From NCBI GenBank assembly GCA_934294965.1, contig CAKRAM010000075.1, positions 1 to 32,000 on the forward strand: 32,000 nt of DNA. The letters are read 5' to 3'. Below the pieces are notes generated by a model. It saw only the letters and a program-made list of their open reading frames with translations, was not told the origin of the DNA and did not search any database. Of the stretch, positions 24,634 through 32,000 are shown one piece after another; the stretch's first letter is position 1; the number at the start of each line of letters is the position of its first letter. The stretch comes from an uncultured Clostridia bacterium. GTDB taxonomy: Bacteria > Bacillota > Clostridia > Christensenellales > CAG-314. The position numbers were made by a program, and so were the translations under genes.

Positions 24634-25508
24634 AAGCGTTCGAATCTTTCCATCCCATTTTGTTGTTCGTCTTCTTTTTGGCGACGATATTCGTCAGTAT
24701 GTTTTGCTTCAATCCGATAGTTACGGCAGTATCGTTTTTTTGCTCGGTGTTCTTTTGCGGAATGCTTATCGGCGGCAAGGAACTGGCAAAAAGTTTGGCA
24801 TATGCCTTTGTGATGATATTGCTTATTTCCGTCACAAACCCGTTGTTTTCCCACAACGGCGAAACGATGCTGTTCTTTTTGAACGATAACCCCGTAACGT
24901 TGGAGGCCATCATGTACGGCGTGAACGTTTCGGTGCAAATAATGGCGGTAATTTACTGGTTCAAGTGCTATCACGCCGTTATGACCAGCGATAAATTCAT
25001 CTATTTGTTCGGCAGAGTAGTGCCGAAGTTGTCCTTGCTACTCTCAATGACGATAAACTTCATTCCCAAGTTCAAACGCCATTTTGCCGAAATCGACGAG
25101 GCGCAAAAGGCTCTCGGGATGTACGCGACCAAAAGTTTTGTGGACAAAATCCGTCAAAAAACCCGTGTGTTGGGCATTTTGATCAGTTGGAGTTTGGAAA
25201 ACTCCGTTCAAACAGCCGATTCCATGCGCGCGCGCGGCTACGGACTTAAAGGAAGAACAAGTTATTCCATTTTCAGGTGGACTGTTCGCGACACAGTCAC
25301 GATAATCATAACACTTGTGCTTATTGCGGCAGTGTGCTATTTGGTTACAGTCGTACCGAGTTATTCGTTCTATCCCACGTTTGCGCCGCTGGCGTTGGAC
25401 GCGTTTGCAATCTCGTTGTACGCGTGCTTGTTTGCGCTTATGTTTTTACCTACGATTTGTGAAATAAAGGAGAATTTGTCGTGGCAATACTTGAAATCCA
25501 AAATTTAA
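24630..25508 (+). CDS. ECF transporter transmembrane (T) component, CbiQ/EcfT family
   Basis: 292 aa counted from ATG 24630, after a GGGAGGA RBS, with an ATGA overlap onto the upstream stop. The protein is polytopic and hydrophobic, with a coupling-helix-like motif ADSMRARGYG. Confidence 0.85.
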   Translation: MKAFESFHPILLFVFFLATIFVSMFCFNPIVTAVSFFCSVFFCGMLIGGKELAKSLAYAFVMILLISVTNPLFSHNGETMLFFLNDNPVTLEAIMYGVNVSVQIMAVIYWFKCYHAVMTSDKFIYLFGRVVPKLSLLLSMTINFIPKFKRHFAEIDEAQKALGMYATKSFVDKIRQKTRVLGILISWSLENSVQTADSMRARGYGLKGRTSYSIFRWTVRDTVTIIITLVLIAAVCYLVTVVPSYSFYPTFAPLALDAFAISLYACLFALMFLPTICEIKENLSWQYLKSKI

Positions 25509-27190
25509 CGTTCGCGTATAGCGGGGCAACGGAAAACGCGCTTAGCGACGTGTCTTTTTCGGTGGAAAAAGGTGAGTTTGTCGTGCTTTGCGGCGAATCG
25601 GGTTGCGGCAAAAGCACTCTCCTCAGGCTTATCAAAAAGCAACTTGCGCCTGCCGGAACAACAAGCGGAAAGGTGCTGTACTGCGGCGTTCCCGTTTCGG
25701 ATTTGGATGAGCGTTTGTCGGTTGCCGAAATCGGTTTCGTTATGCAAAATCCGGAAAATCAAATCGTAACCGACAAGGTGTGGCACGAACTGGCTTTCGG
25801 TTTGGAAAGTTTGGGCGTTGGTACGGACGAAATTCGTCGCAGAACGGCGGAAATTTGCGGCTTTTTCGGTATCGGAGATTGGTACAACAAAAAAACGTGC
25901 GAACTTTCCGGCGGTCAAAAACAATTGCTAAATCTTGCCTCGATAATGGTTATGCAGCCAAAAATTCTTATCTTGGACGAGCCTACTAGCCAACTGGATC
26001 CCATTGCCGCAACGGACTTTATTGCAACCGTCAAAAAAATCAACAGCGAACTGGGCGTAACCGTGCTTATGGTAGAACATCGTTTGGAAGAAGTGTTCCC
26101 CATTGCCGACAAAGTTGTGCTTATGAACCGCGCGGGCATTTTGGCTGTCGGAACGCCCAAGCAAATCGGCTCGGAACTTAAAAACATCGATCCCAATCAC
26201 AAAATGTTGCTAGGGCTTCCATCGGCGGTGCGTGTCTACAACAAGTTGGACGGCGACGGCGATTGTCCGCTTACCGTAAAAGAAGGCAAGGACTATTTGG
26301 ATGCTCGCTACGACAACACTTACGACCGTTACGGAATCGTTCCGCAGGACTATTCTTCGCGCAAAAAAGCCGTGGAAATTTTTGAGGGGTACTTCCGCTA
26401 CGAACGCGACCTTCCGGATGTTCTTAAAGGAGTGGACTTGACCGTTTACGAAAACGAAATCTTTTGCATCTTGGGTGGCAACGGCGCCGGTAAAACCACA
26501 ACACTTAAGGTGATAAGCGGAATAAAACGGCTCTATCGCGGCAAGTTGCGCATTTGGGGCAAAAAGATTTCAGAATACGGCGGAGTCAGTTTGTATCGGC
26601 ACAACCTCAGTTGTTTGCCGCAAAACCCTCAAACGCTGTTTGTTAAAAACACTTTGCAAGCCGACCTTGACGAAGTGGTAAAAGTTATGGGCTACGGCAA
26701 AGAGGGGCAGGAAAAAATTCGTGCCGTAACCGAGGAATTGGGCATAACGCATTTGCTTTCCCGTCATCCGTTCGATTTGTCCGGCGGTGAACAGCAAAAA
26801 GCCGCATTTGCCAAAATTTTGCTTACCGAGCCAAAAATCATTTTGTTGGACGAACCGACCAAGGGCATAGACGCGTTTTCCAAAAACACGCTTGCAGGCA
26901 TTTTGTACCAACTAAAAGAAAAGGGCATAACGGTTATCATCGTCACTCACGACGTGGAGTTTGCCGCCGAGCACGCCGATCGTTGCGCAATGTTCTTCGA
27001 CGGACAAATCGTGTCGGTTGCCAATCCCGTGGAGTTTTTTGCCAGCAACAGTTATTACACGACGGCGGCAAGCCGAATTTCACGCGGGTTGTATCAAAAC
27101 GCCGTAACGGTGGACATGGTGGTGGAGTTGTGCCGCAAAAACGGCAAAAAGCAAAGCGCCGAGCCGCAAAGCGAGGCAAACAATGGATAA
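25481..27190 (+). CDS. ECF transporter ATPase, fused tandem A-A' (two ABC domains)
   Basis: 569 aa with a GTG start 8 nt after AAGGAG. Walker A: GESGCGKST and GGNGAGKTT. Signature: LSGGQKQ and LSGGEQQ. Walker B: ILILDEPTS and IILLDEPTK. Confidence 0.95.
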   Translation: MAILEIQNLTFAYSGATENALSDVSFSVEKGEFVVLCGESGCGKSTLLRLIKKQLAPAGTTSGKVLYCGVPVSDLDERLSVAEIGFVMQNPENQIVTDKVWHELAFGLESLGVGTDEIRRRTAEICGFFGIGDWYNKKTCELSGGQKQLLNLASIMVMQPKILILDEPTSQLDPIAATDFIATVKKINSELGVTVLMVEHRLEEVFPIADKVVLMNRAGILAVGTPKQIGSELKNIDPNHKMLLGLPSAVRVYNKLDGDGDCPLTVKEGKDYLDARYDNTYDRYGIVPQDYSSRKKAVEIFEGYFRYERDLPDVLKGVDLTVYENEIFCILGGNGAGKTTTLKVISGIKRLYRGKLRIWGKKISEYGGVSLYRHNLSCLPQNPQTLFVKNTLQADLDEVVKVMGYGKEGQEKIRAVTEELGITHLLSRHPFDLSGGEQQKAAFAKILLTEPKIILLDEPTKGIDAFSKNTLAGILYQLKEKGITVIIVTHDVEFAAEHADRCAMFFDGQIVSVANPVEFFASNSYYTTAASRISRGLYQNAVTVDMVVELCRKNGKKQSAEPQSEANNG

Positions 27191-27980
27191 AAGTTTGCTG
27201 TATATTGCCGAGCCTACGCCCAAAGCGGAAGTGAGCTTAACTTCCAACGAAAAGCACAATGCAAAAGTCGGAAAACGGCTGCGTTTGGCACTCTCGATAG
27301 GCGTTTATTGCGTGGCAATTCCGTTGGTAATTTGGCTTGGTATTGCGCTGTGGAACGATCGCAAGTACAATATCGTTTCCATGATAATCGCATTCTTGGC
27401 GTGCGTTCCGTTTTTTGTCGGATTTGAAAAAGGCAAAACAGGAACAAGGGAACTTGTTGTAATAGCCGTAATGACGGCAATATCCGTGTTGGGACGTGTG
27501 ATTTTCGCTCCCATTCCCGGGTTTAAGCCGGTTACGGCAATCGTGATAATAACGGCAATCGCCTACGGCGCGCAGGCGGGATTTTTGACCGGTGCGTTGT
27601 CGGCGGTGGTTTCCAACATTTTTTACGGACAAGGTCCTTGGACGCCTTTTCAAATGTTCGTGTGGGGCATAATAGGCTTCATTGCCGGCATATTGTTCAA
27701 ACGCGGAAAAAAGCCCAACGTGATTGTGCTTGTTATAGTGGGGCTTGTCGGAGGTGTGGCGTATTCCACGATGATGGACATTTGGACGGTTCTCAGTTTC
27801 GGCGAGGGTTGGTCTTGGACAAGGTACCTCGGCGCGCTGGCAACAAGTTTACCCTTTATGGCAATCTATGCCGTGTCCAACGTAGTGTTTTTGTTGCTGC
27901 TCACCAAGCCGTTTTTGGAAAAACTTAACCGTATCGGCACAAAGTACAATTTGTTCGGCGCAATAGACGAGCAAAAGTAG
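27183..27980 (+). CDS. Putative ECF substrate-capture (S) component, multi-TM
   Basis: 265 aa. The start overlaps the ATPase stop. A ~35-aa polar N-terminus is followed by about six hydrophobic helices, e.g. GPWTPFQMFVWGIIGFIAGILF. It is the last gene of the T-A-S arrangement. Confidence 0.7.
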   Translation: MDKSLLYIAEPTPKAEVSLTSNEKHNAKVGKRLRLALSIGVYCVAIPLVIWLGIALWNDRKYNIVSMIIAFLACVPFFVGFEKGKTGTRELVVIAVMTAISVLGRVIFAPIPGFKPVTAIVIITAIAYGAQAGFLTGALSAVVSNIFYGQGPWTPFQMFVWGIIGFIAGILFKRGKKPNVIVLVIVGLVGGVAYSTMMDIWTVLSFGEGWSWTRYLGALATSLPFMAIYAVSNVVFLLLLTKPFLEKLNRIGTKYNLFGAIDEQK

Positions 27981-28344
27981 GCAACATGCGTACTTGCCGT
28001 TTCAAATGCTATGCTATTCGTGATTGTGTATAATTAAAGTCCGTTGATGTTTGACTGCGTTTTGCAAATGCGGCAGTATTGTCTGCGGAATAGTGATTGC
28101 TCCTGTTTTGCGTTAACTGCCATGTAATCGCGTCAAGTGCCTTATGCGCACCTAAACCGATTGTTTCAAATGTGGCAGTTTTGCGGCAAATTTGTTTGCG
28201 GCTGAGGTCTATTGGCGTGGGCAAATTGACGTCAACGTTATTTCCGTAATATATGCGTATTAAAACCGTTTGGCTTTTGGTACGCACATTTTGTTCCAGT
28301 GGATTATTTTGTTCGGTTGCGCTTATGCAAACACATTCACCGAC

Positions 28345-28373
28345 TTGACAATGCGCCATTGCGCTGATATAAT
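28345..28373 (+). promoter_or_regulatory. Consensus sigma-A promoter for trpS
   Basis: TTGACA (28345-28350), a 17-nt spacer, then TATAAT (28368-28373), 43 nt upstream of the trpS ATG. Confidence 0.75.
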
Positions 28374-28415
28374 CTAAACAAATCGGATGCGGCATTTTTT
28401 GCCGACGGAGAAACT

Positions 28416-29462
28416 ATGCAAAAAATCATTTTGACGGGGGACCGTCCGACCGGTAGATTGCACATCGGTCACTATGTAGGCTCTTTGCGTGAACGCGTTC
28501 GTTTGCAAAATAGCGGAGAGTTTGACAAGATTTTTATTATGATTGCCGACGCGCAGGCGTTGACCGATAACTACGACAATCCGGAAAAAGTTCGCTCTAA
28601 CGTTTTGCAAGTGGCGTTGGACTATCTTGCGTGCGGAGTGGATCCGGACAAGTCCACTTTGTTTATTCAGTCCATGGTTCCGCAGCTTACCGAGTTGACT
28701 TTTTACTATCTCAATTTGGTAACGCTTTCCCGTTTGGAGCGCAACCCTACGGTAAAAACCGAAATAAAGTTGCGTGATTTCGGCAATAGCATTCCTGTGG
28801 GATTTTTGACCTATCCCATCAGTCAGGCTGCGGACATCACTGCGTTCAAAGCAACATGCGTGCCTGCAGGCGAAGACCAAAAACCGATGATAGAGCAGTG
28901 TCAGGAAATTGTTCGCAAGTTCAATTCTATCTACGGAGAAACGCTTGTCGAGCCGCAAATTTTGTTACCTTCCAACAAAACCTGTTGCCGTTTGCCCGGA
29001 ACCGACGGCAAGTCAAAAATGAGCAAATCGCTTGGCAATTGCATTTACCTTTCGGACAGCGCGGACGTAATCAAAACAAAGGTTATGTCCATGTTTACCG
29101 ATCCAAATCACCTTCGCGTGGAAGATCCCGGTCAGGTGGAGGGCAACCCCGTGTTCACCTATTTGGACGCTTTTTGCACCGACGATTGCTTTGCGGAATT
29201 TTTGCCGGAATACGCTTCTTTGGACGAACTTAAGGACCATTACCGTCGTGGCGGTTTGGGCGACGTAAAAATCAAAAAGTTCCTCATCAAAATTTTGCAA
29301 GCCGAACTTGCGCCCATTTTGCAACGTAGGCTATCGTGGGAGCAACGCGAATCGGACGTTTATGAAATTTTGAAGCAAGGCTCTGTTGTGGCGGCGGCAA
29401 AAGCGCAAGAAACGCTGGACGAAGTGCGCCACGCAATGAAAATAGACTATTTCAAGCTGTAA
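28416..29462 (+). CDS. trpS: Tryptophan--tRNA ligase
   Basis: 348 aa, class I synthetase. The HIGH motif is [10 protein letters not shown] and the KMSKS motif is [11 protein letters not shown]. The TrpS-like [12 protein letters not shown] and the size without a TyrS-type S4 domain support the call. Confidence 0.9.
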   Translation: MQKIILTGDRPTGRLHIGHYVGSLRERVRLQNSGEFDKIFIMIADAQALTDNYDNPEKVRSNVLQVALDYLACGVDPDKSTLFIQSMVPQLTELTFYYLNLVTLSRLERNPTVKTEIKLRDFGNSIPVGFLTYPISQAADITAFKATCVPAGEDQKPMIEQCQEIVRKFNSIYGETLVEPQILLPSNKTCCRLPGTDGKSKMSKSLGNCIYLSDSADVIKTKVMSMFTDPNHLRVEDPGQVEGNPVFTYLDAFCTDDCFAEFLPEYASLDELKDHYRRGGLGDVKIKKFLIKILQAELAPILQRRLSWEQRESDVYEILKQGSVVAAAKAQETLDEVRHAMKIDYFKL

Positions 29463-29468
29463 AAATAA

Positions 29469-29496
29469 AACAGTCACACGCTTGTGGCTGTTTTTT
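29469..29496 (+). terminator. Intrinsic terminator after trpS
   Basis: CAGTCACA (29471-29478) pairs with TGTGGCTG (29483-29490) with one G-U pair and loop CGCT, followed by TTTTTT (29491-29496). Confidence 0.85.
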
Positions 29497-29585
29497 GTAG
29501 CAAGTGCCGAGTTTGTGTTTGCAAACGTTTTTTGTTGAAAATCGGCTTCGGCAACTTGTGTTAGGTAAGGAGTAACACATTTACC

Positions 29586-30131
29586 ATGGTCAAAGATTTG
29601 CCTGTCGACTTGATTTCGATGGCGTCGGAACAAGGTTTTTCGGCTGCCGCACTTATGGAAGTCGACCAAGTGCCGTTGAACAGCGATTTCAGACAGTTTT
29701 GCGAGCAAAACGCTTGCGGAAACTACAACGCTAACTATTCTTGTCCGCCGACTTGCGGAACGTTCGAGCAAATGCGCGAAAGGCTTCATGCTTACAAAAA
29801 CGCCTTGTTTTTGCAATCGAGGTGGTACTTGCCGGATTTGTCCGACAAAAAATCCGTTACCGCCGTCAGAAAAACTCACAACGAACACATGATGGTGATG
29901 GCGGGCGTGCTAAACGCGTTGGGTATTTCCACTTTAATTTGCGGTTCCAGCAGTTGCCTTTTGTGCGAGCAGTGTGCAGATCTTAGCGGAGAACCTTGTC
30001 GCAATCCGAACTTGGCGTACAGTTGCCTTTCGGCATACTGCGTGGACGTTTTCGAACTGTGCAAAAAGTTGGGGTGGGACGCATCGTACAAGGACGGCTA
30101 TTTGACCTTTTACGGAATTTTGGCGTTTTGA
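29586..30131 (+). CDS. DUF2284-like predicted metal-binding protein
   Basis: 181 aa. FRQFCEQNACGNYNANYSCPP matches my recollection of the C..N.CG.Y......CPP signature of the DUF2284 family. More Cys occur later (CGSSSCLLCEQC). The RBS spacing is somewhat long. Confidence 0.6.
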   Translation: MVKDLPVDLISMASEQGFSAAALMEVDQVPLNSDFRQFCEQNACGNYNANYSCPPTCGTFEQMRERLHAYKNALFLQSRWYLPDLSDKKSVTAVRKTHNEHMMVMAGVLNALGISTLICGSSSCLLCEQCADLSGEPCRNPNLAYSCLSAYCVDVFELCKKLGWDASYKDGYLTFYGILAF

Positions 30132-30443
30132 AGTTAAACGGGGCTATCCTAAATCAAAATTCTAATTTTCGGCCACACTAAGTACGGAAGTTCAAATCTC
30201 CGCAGTTCGGCAGTTTCGCCCGCCGTGGCGGTAATCGCATCCAAGCGCCGCAGTGCGTCGTTATTGTCGTTTGCGTGGCGGATTAAGTAGAACTACCCCA
30301 AAGTTAAACTCTTGTTTTTCGGTCACGCAATAAGTCTGCAAAGCATTGCATTTGGCGGTTAAACAAATAAACATATCAAATCAAAAATCATATCGTAGCC
30401 GCGACATTACGAAAGCGGCAATAAAAAACGGAGGTAAGGTACA

Positions 30444-31598
30444 ATGAAAATAGCAAGAGACGTCATTTACGTCGGAGTAAACGATCATCAAGTAGACTTG
30501 TTCGAGGGCATGTACAAAGTGCCTAACGGAATGTCCTACAATTCCTACGTCATTTTGGACGAAAAAATTGCCGTAATGGACACGGTGGACAAGCACTTCA
30601 CCGAGCAATGGCTCGGCAATTTGGAACAAGCTTTGCAAGGCAAAACTCCCGACTATTTGGTTGTTCAACATATGGAGCCGGATCACTCGGCAAGCATCAC
30701 CGCATTTACCGAAAAGTATCCGCAAGCGGTTGTAGTGGCTAACGACAAGGCGTTTGTGATGGTGGACAACTTTTTCGGAAAATCCGCTTGCCCAAACCGT
30801 CTATCGGTAAGCAACGGACAAACGCTGGACTTGGGCAAACATTCGCTAACGTTCGTGTTTGCGCCCATGGTGCATTGGCCGGAAGTTATGGTGACGTACG
30901 ACAAAACGGCAAAAATATTGTTTTCGGCGGACGCCTTCGGCAAATTCGGCGCATTGGACGTGGAAGACGACGATTGGGCTTGTGAAGCGCGCAGATACTA
31001 TTTCGGTATCGTGGGCAAGTACGGCGTACCCGCACAAAACTTGCTAAAAGCGGCAAAAAATTTGGACATTCAAACCATTTGCCCTCTTCACGGTCCCGTT
31101 CTTTCGGAAAACCTCGGCTACTACTTGGGTTTGTACAACACTTGGTCGTCTTACGGAGTGGAAACCGAGGGCGTTTGCCTGTGCTATACGTCGGTTTACG
31201 GTCACACCGAACAAGCGGCATTGTTGCTTGTCGACGAACTTCGCAAAAACGGCGTAAAGGTTGCCGTGAACGACCTTGCTCGTTGCGATATGGCGGAAGC
31301 CGTGGAAGACGCGTTCCGTTACGGAAAGTTGGTTTTGGCAACAACTACCTATGCAGGCACGGTGTTCCCGTTCATGCGTGAATTTTTGGCAAACATCACC
31401 GAACGCGGCTATCAAAACCGCACGGTTGCTCTTATCGAAAACGGCAGTTGGGCGCCCACTGCGGCAAAAGTTATGCGTTCAGCATTTGAAAAATGCAAAA
31501 ACGTAACTGTTTTGCCCGACGATATTACTATTCTTTCGGCAATGACCGAACAAAATAAGTTGCAAATTGCCGATTTGGCAAAGGCTCTTGCCGAGTAG
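30444..31598 (+). CDS. Flavodiiron-type (FprA-family) flavoprotein: metallo-beta-lactamase-like domain plus flavodoxin-like domain
   Basis: 384 aa with a GGAGG RBS. The di-iron ligand motif H.E.DH appears as VVQHMEPDHSAS. The flavodoxin-like FMN loop appears as CYTSVYGHTEQAA. Confidence 0.82.
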   Translation: MKIARDVIYVGVNDHQVDLFEGMYKVPNGMSYNSYVILDEKIAVMDTVDKHFTEQWLGNLEQALQGKTPDYLVVQHMEPDHSASITAFTEKYPQAVVVANDKAFVMVDNFFGKSACPNRLSVSNGQTLDLGKHSLTFVFAPMVHWPEVMVTYDKTAKILFSADAFGKFGALDVEDDDWACEARRYYFGIVGKYGVPAQNLLKAAKNLDIQTICPLHGPVLSENLGYYLGLYNTWSSYGVETEGVCLCYTSVYGHTEQAALLLVDELRKNGVKVAVNDLARCDMAEAVEDAFRYGKLVLATTTYAGTVFPFMREFLANITERGYQNRTVALIENGSWAPTAAKVMRSAFEKCKNVTVLPDDITILSAMTEQNKLQIADLAKALAE

Positions 31599-31650
31599 TT
31601 GCTTGGAATCGGCAGTTTCGGCGGCGGTTTTGATAGCCGCAATCTCCAAA

Positions 31651-31679
31651 TTGCCTAGGCAAGTAATTTGTGATATAAT
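31651..31679 (+). promoter_or_regulatory. Promoter for pth with extended -10
   Basis: TTGCCT (31651-31656), a 17-nt spacer, then TGaTATAAT (31671-31679). Confidence 0.7.
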
Positions 31680-31720
31680 GTTTATAAACGAAACAAAACT
31701 CGTTTGCAAAGAGGAAAACT

Positions 31721-32000
31721 ATGTATTTGGTAGTGGGGCTCGGAAACCCCGATAAGCAATATCTTAACACTTGGCACAACGTGGGCTTTATGTGCTTGGA
31801 CATGCTTGCAAAAAAACTCGGAGTAGAGTTCAACAAGGGCGAGTGCAAATCCGTAACCGCTTCAACCAAAATCAACGGCGAAAAGGTTATTTTGGCAAAA
31901 CCCGTAACCTACATGAATCTTTCCGGCGAAGCCGTCATTGAGTTGTGCAACAAGTACAAAATAGAAAAAGGTCATCTTATCGTCGTTTATGATGATGTGG
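31721..32000 (+). CDS. pth: Peptidyl-tRNA hydrolase, N-terminal part; 3' end runs off the window
   Basis: The frame from ATG 31721 reads MYLVVGLGNPDKQYLNTWHNVGFMCLDMLAKKLG...KPVTYMNLSGEAV, the classic Pth N-terminus. It is open to base 32000, so it is absent from the ORF track. Confidence 0.9.
   Translation, partial: MYLVVGLGNPDKQYLNTWHNVGFMCLDMLAKKLGVEFNKGECKSVTASTKINGEKVILAKPVTYMNLSGEAVIELCNKYKIEKGHLIVVYDDV

Noticed and set aside
24630-27980. Interpretation of the T-A-S module as a B12-riboswitch-regulated CbiMNQO cobalt transporter
   Set aside because: There is no CbiN gene, and the putative S component lacks the CbiM/NikM-type Met-His N-terminus. The two DUF4430 domains point to corrinoid rather than cobalt. 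This remains to be tested.
27986-28033. 15-codon Cys-rich mini-ORF (MRTCRFKCYAIRDCV) just after the ECF operon
   Set aside because: There is no Shine-Dalgarno sequence, it is very short, and it is easily produced by chance.
28071-28184. Sigma-54-like elements (CGGCAG n5 CTGC at 28071-28086; TGGCAG TTT TGC at 28173-28184)
   Set aside because: The GG-to-GC spacing is 11 and 7 nt instead of the required 10, and the hexamers deviate from TGGCAC/TTGCA.
28040-28340. Possible T-box leader for trpS (TTGGTACGCAC at ~28276 vaguely resembles GGTGGTACCGCG)
   Set aside because: The match is partial. There are no specifier stem, AG-bay or GA-motif features and no terminator or antiterminator pair. The consensus trpS promoter lies downstream of it.
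28009-28395. 128-aa minus-strand ORF filling the gap upstream of trpS
   Set aside because: Its start codon would sit inside the trpS leader and promoter. It has no RBS, its composition is unlike the neighbouring genes, and it has no recognisable motifs. I cannot fully exclude it, so the region is reported as an unassigned spacer instead.
30185-30202. tRNA T-arm-like sequence CGGAAGTTCAAATCTCCG
   Set aside because: Only a 4-bp stem with a 10-nt loop forms. No matching acceptor, D or anticodon arms could be built from the flanks, so it is not a tRNA.
1-32000. Search for CRISPR arrays, transposase or integrase genes, inverted terminal repeats, rRNA and tRNA genes
   Set aside because: I found no regularly spaced short direct repeats, no recombinase-like ORFs and no rRNA or tRNA signatures. 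The only strong DNA repeat is the in-gene 327-bp tandem duplication.

Overview
All genes I can support lie on the + strand. The gene order and content fit a Bacillota (Clostridia-like) chromosome: rpsD sits inside the alpha operon, a KOW protein sits between map and infA, S14 is type Z, and lipobox lipoproteins occur with an ECF transporter. Bases 1-15325 hold the conserved S10-spc-alpha ribosomal supercluster, running from the rplC 3' end through rplD-rplW-rplB-rpsS-rplV-rpsC-rplP-rpmC-rpsQ-rplN-rplX-rplE-rpsN-rpsH-rplF-rplR-rpsE-rpmD-rplO-secY-adk-map-KOW-infA-rpmJ-rpsM-rpsK-rpsD-rpoA-rplQ. Several of these proteins are unusually extended, and L24 carries a Cys4 pattern. A GNAT acetyltransferase follows. 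The standout is 16044-27980: a near-consensus promoter, a cobalamin riboswitch and an intrinsic terminator gate a seven-gene operon. That operon encodes two giant lipobox lipoproteins (one adhesin-like, one ending in a DUF4430/transcobalamin-like beta domain), a membrane-tethered alpha/alpha-toroid protein, a small anchored DUF4430 protein, and a dedicated ECF transporter (T component, fused double ATPase, S component). I read it as a candidate cell-surface corrinoid capture-and-import system built partly from split transcobalamin-like modules. The right end carries trpS (consensus promoter, no T-box), a DUF2284-like Cys-rich protein, a flavodiiron-type flavoprotein and the 5' part of pth. I recognised no rRNA, tRNA, CRISPR array or mobile element. 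All family assignments come from motif reading by eye and need HMM or structure searches to confirm.
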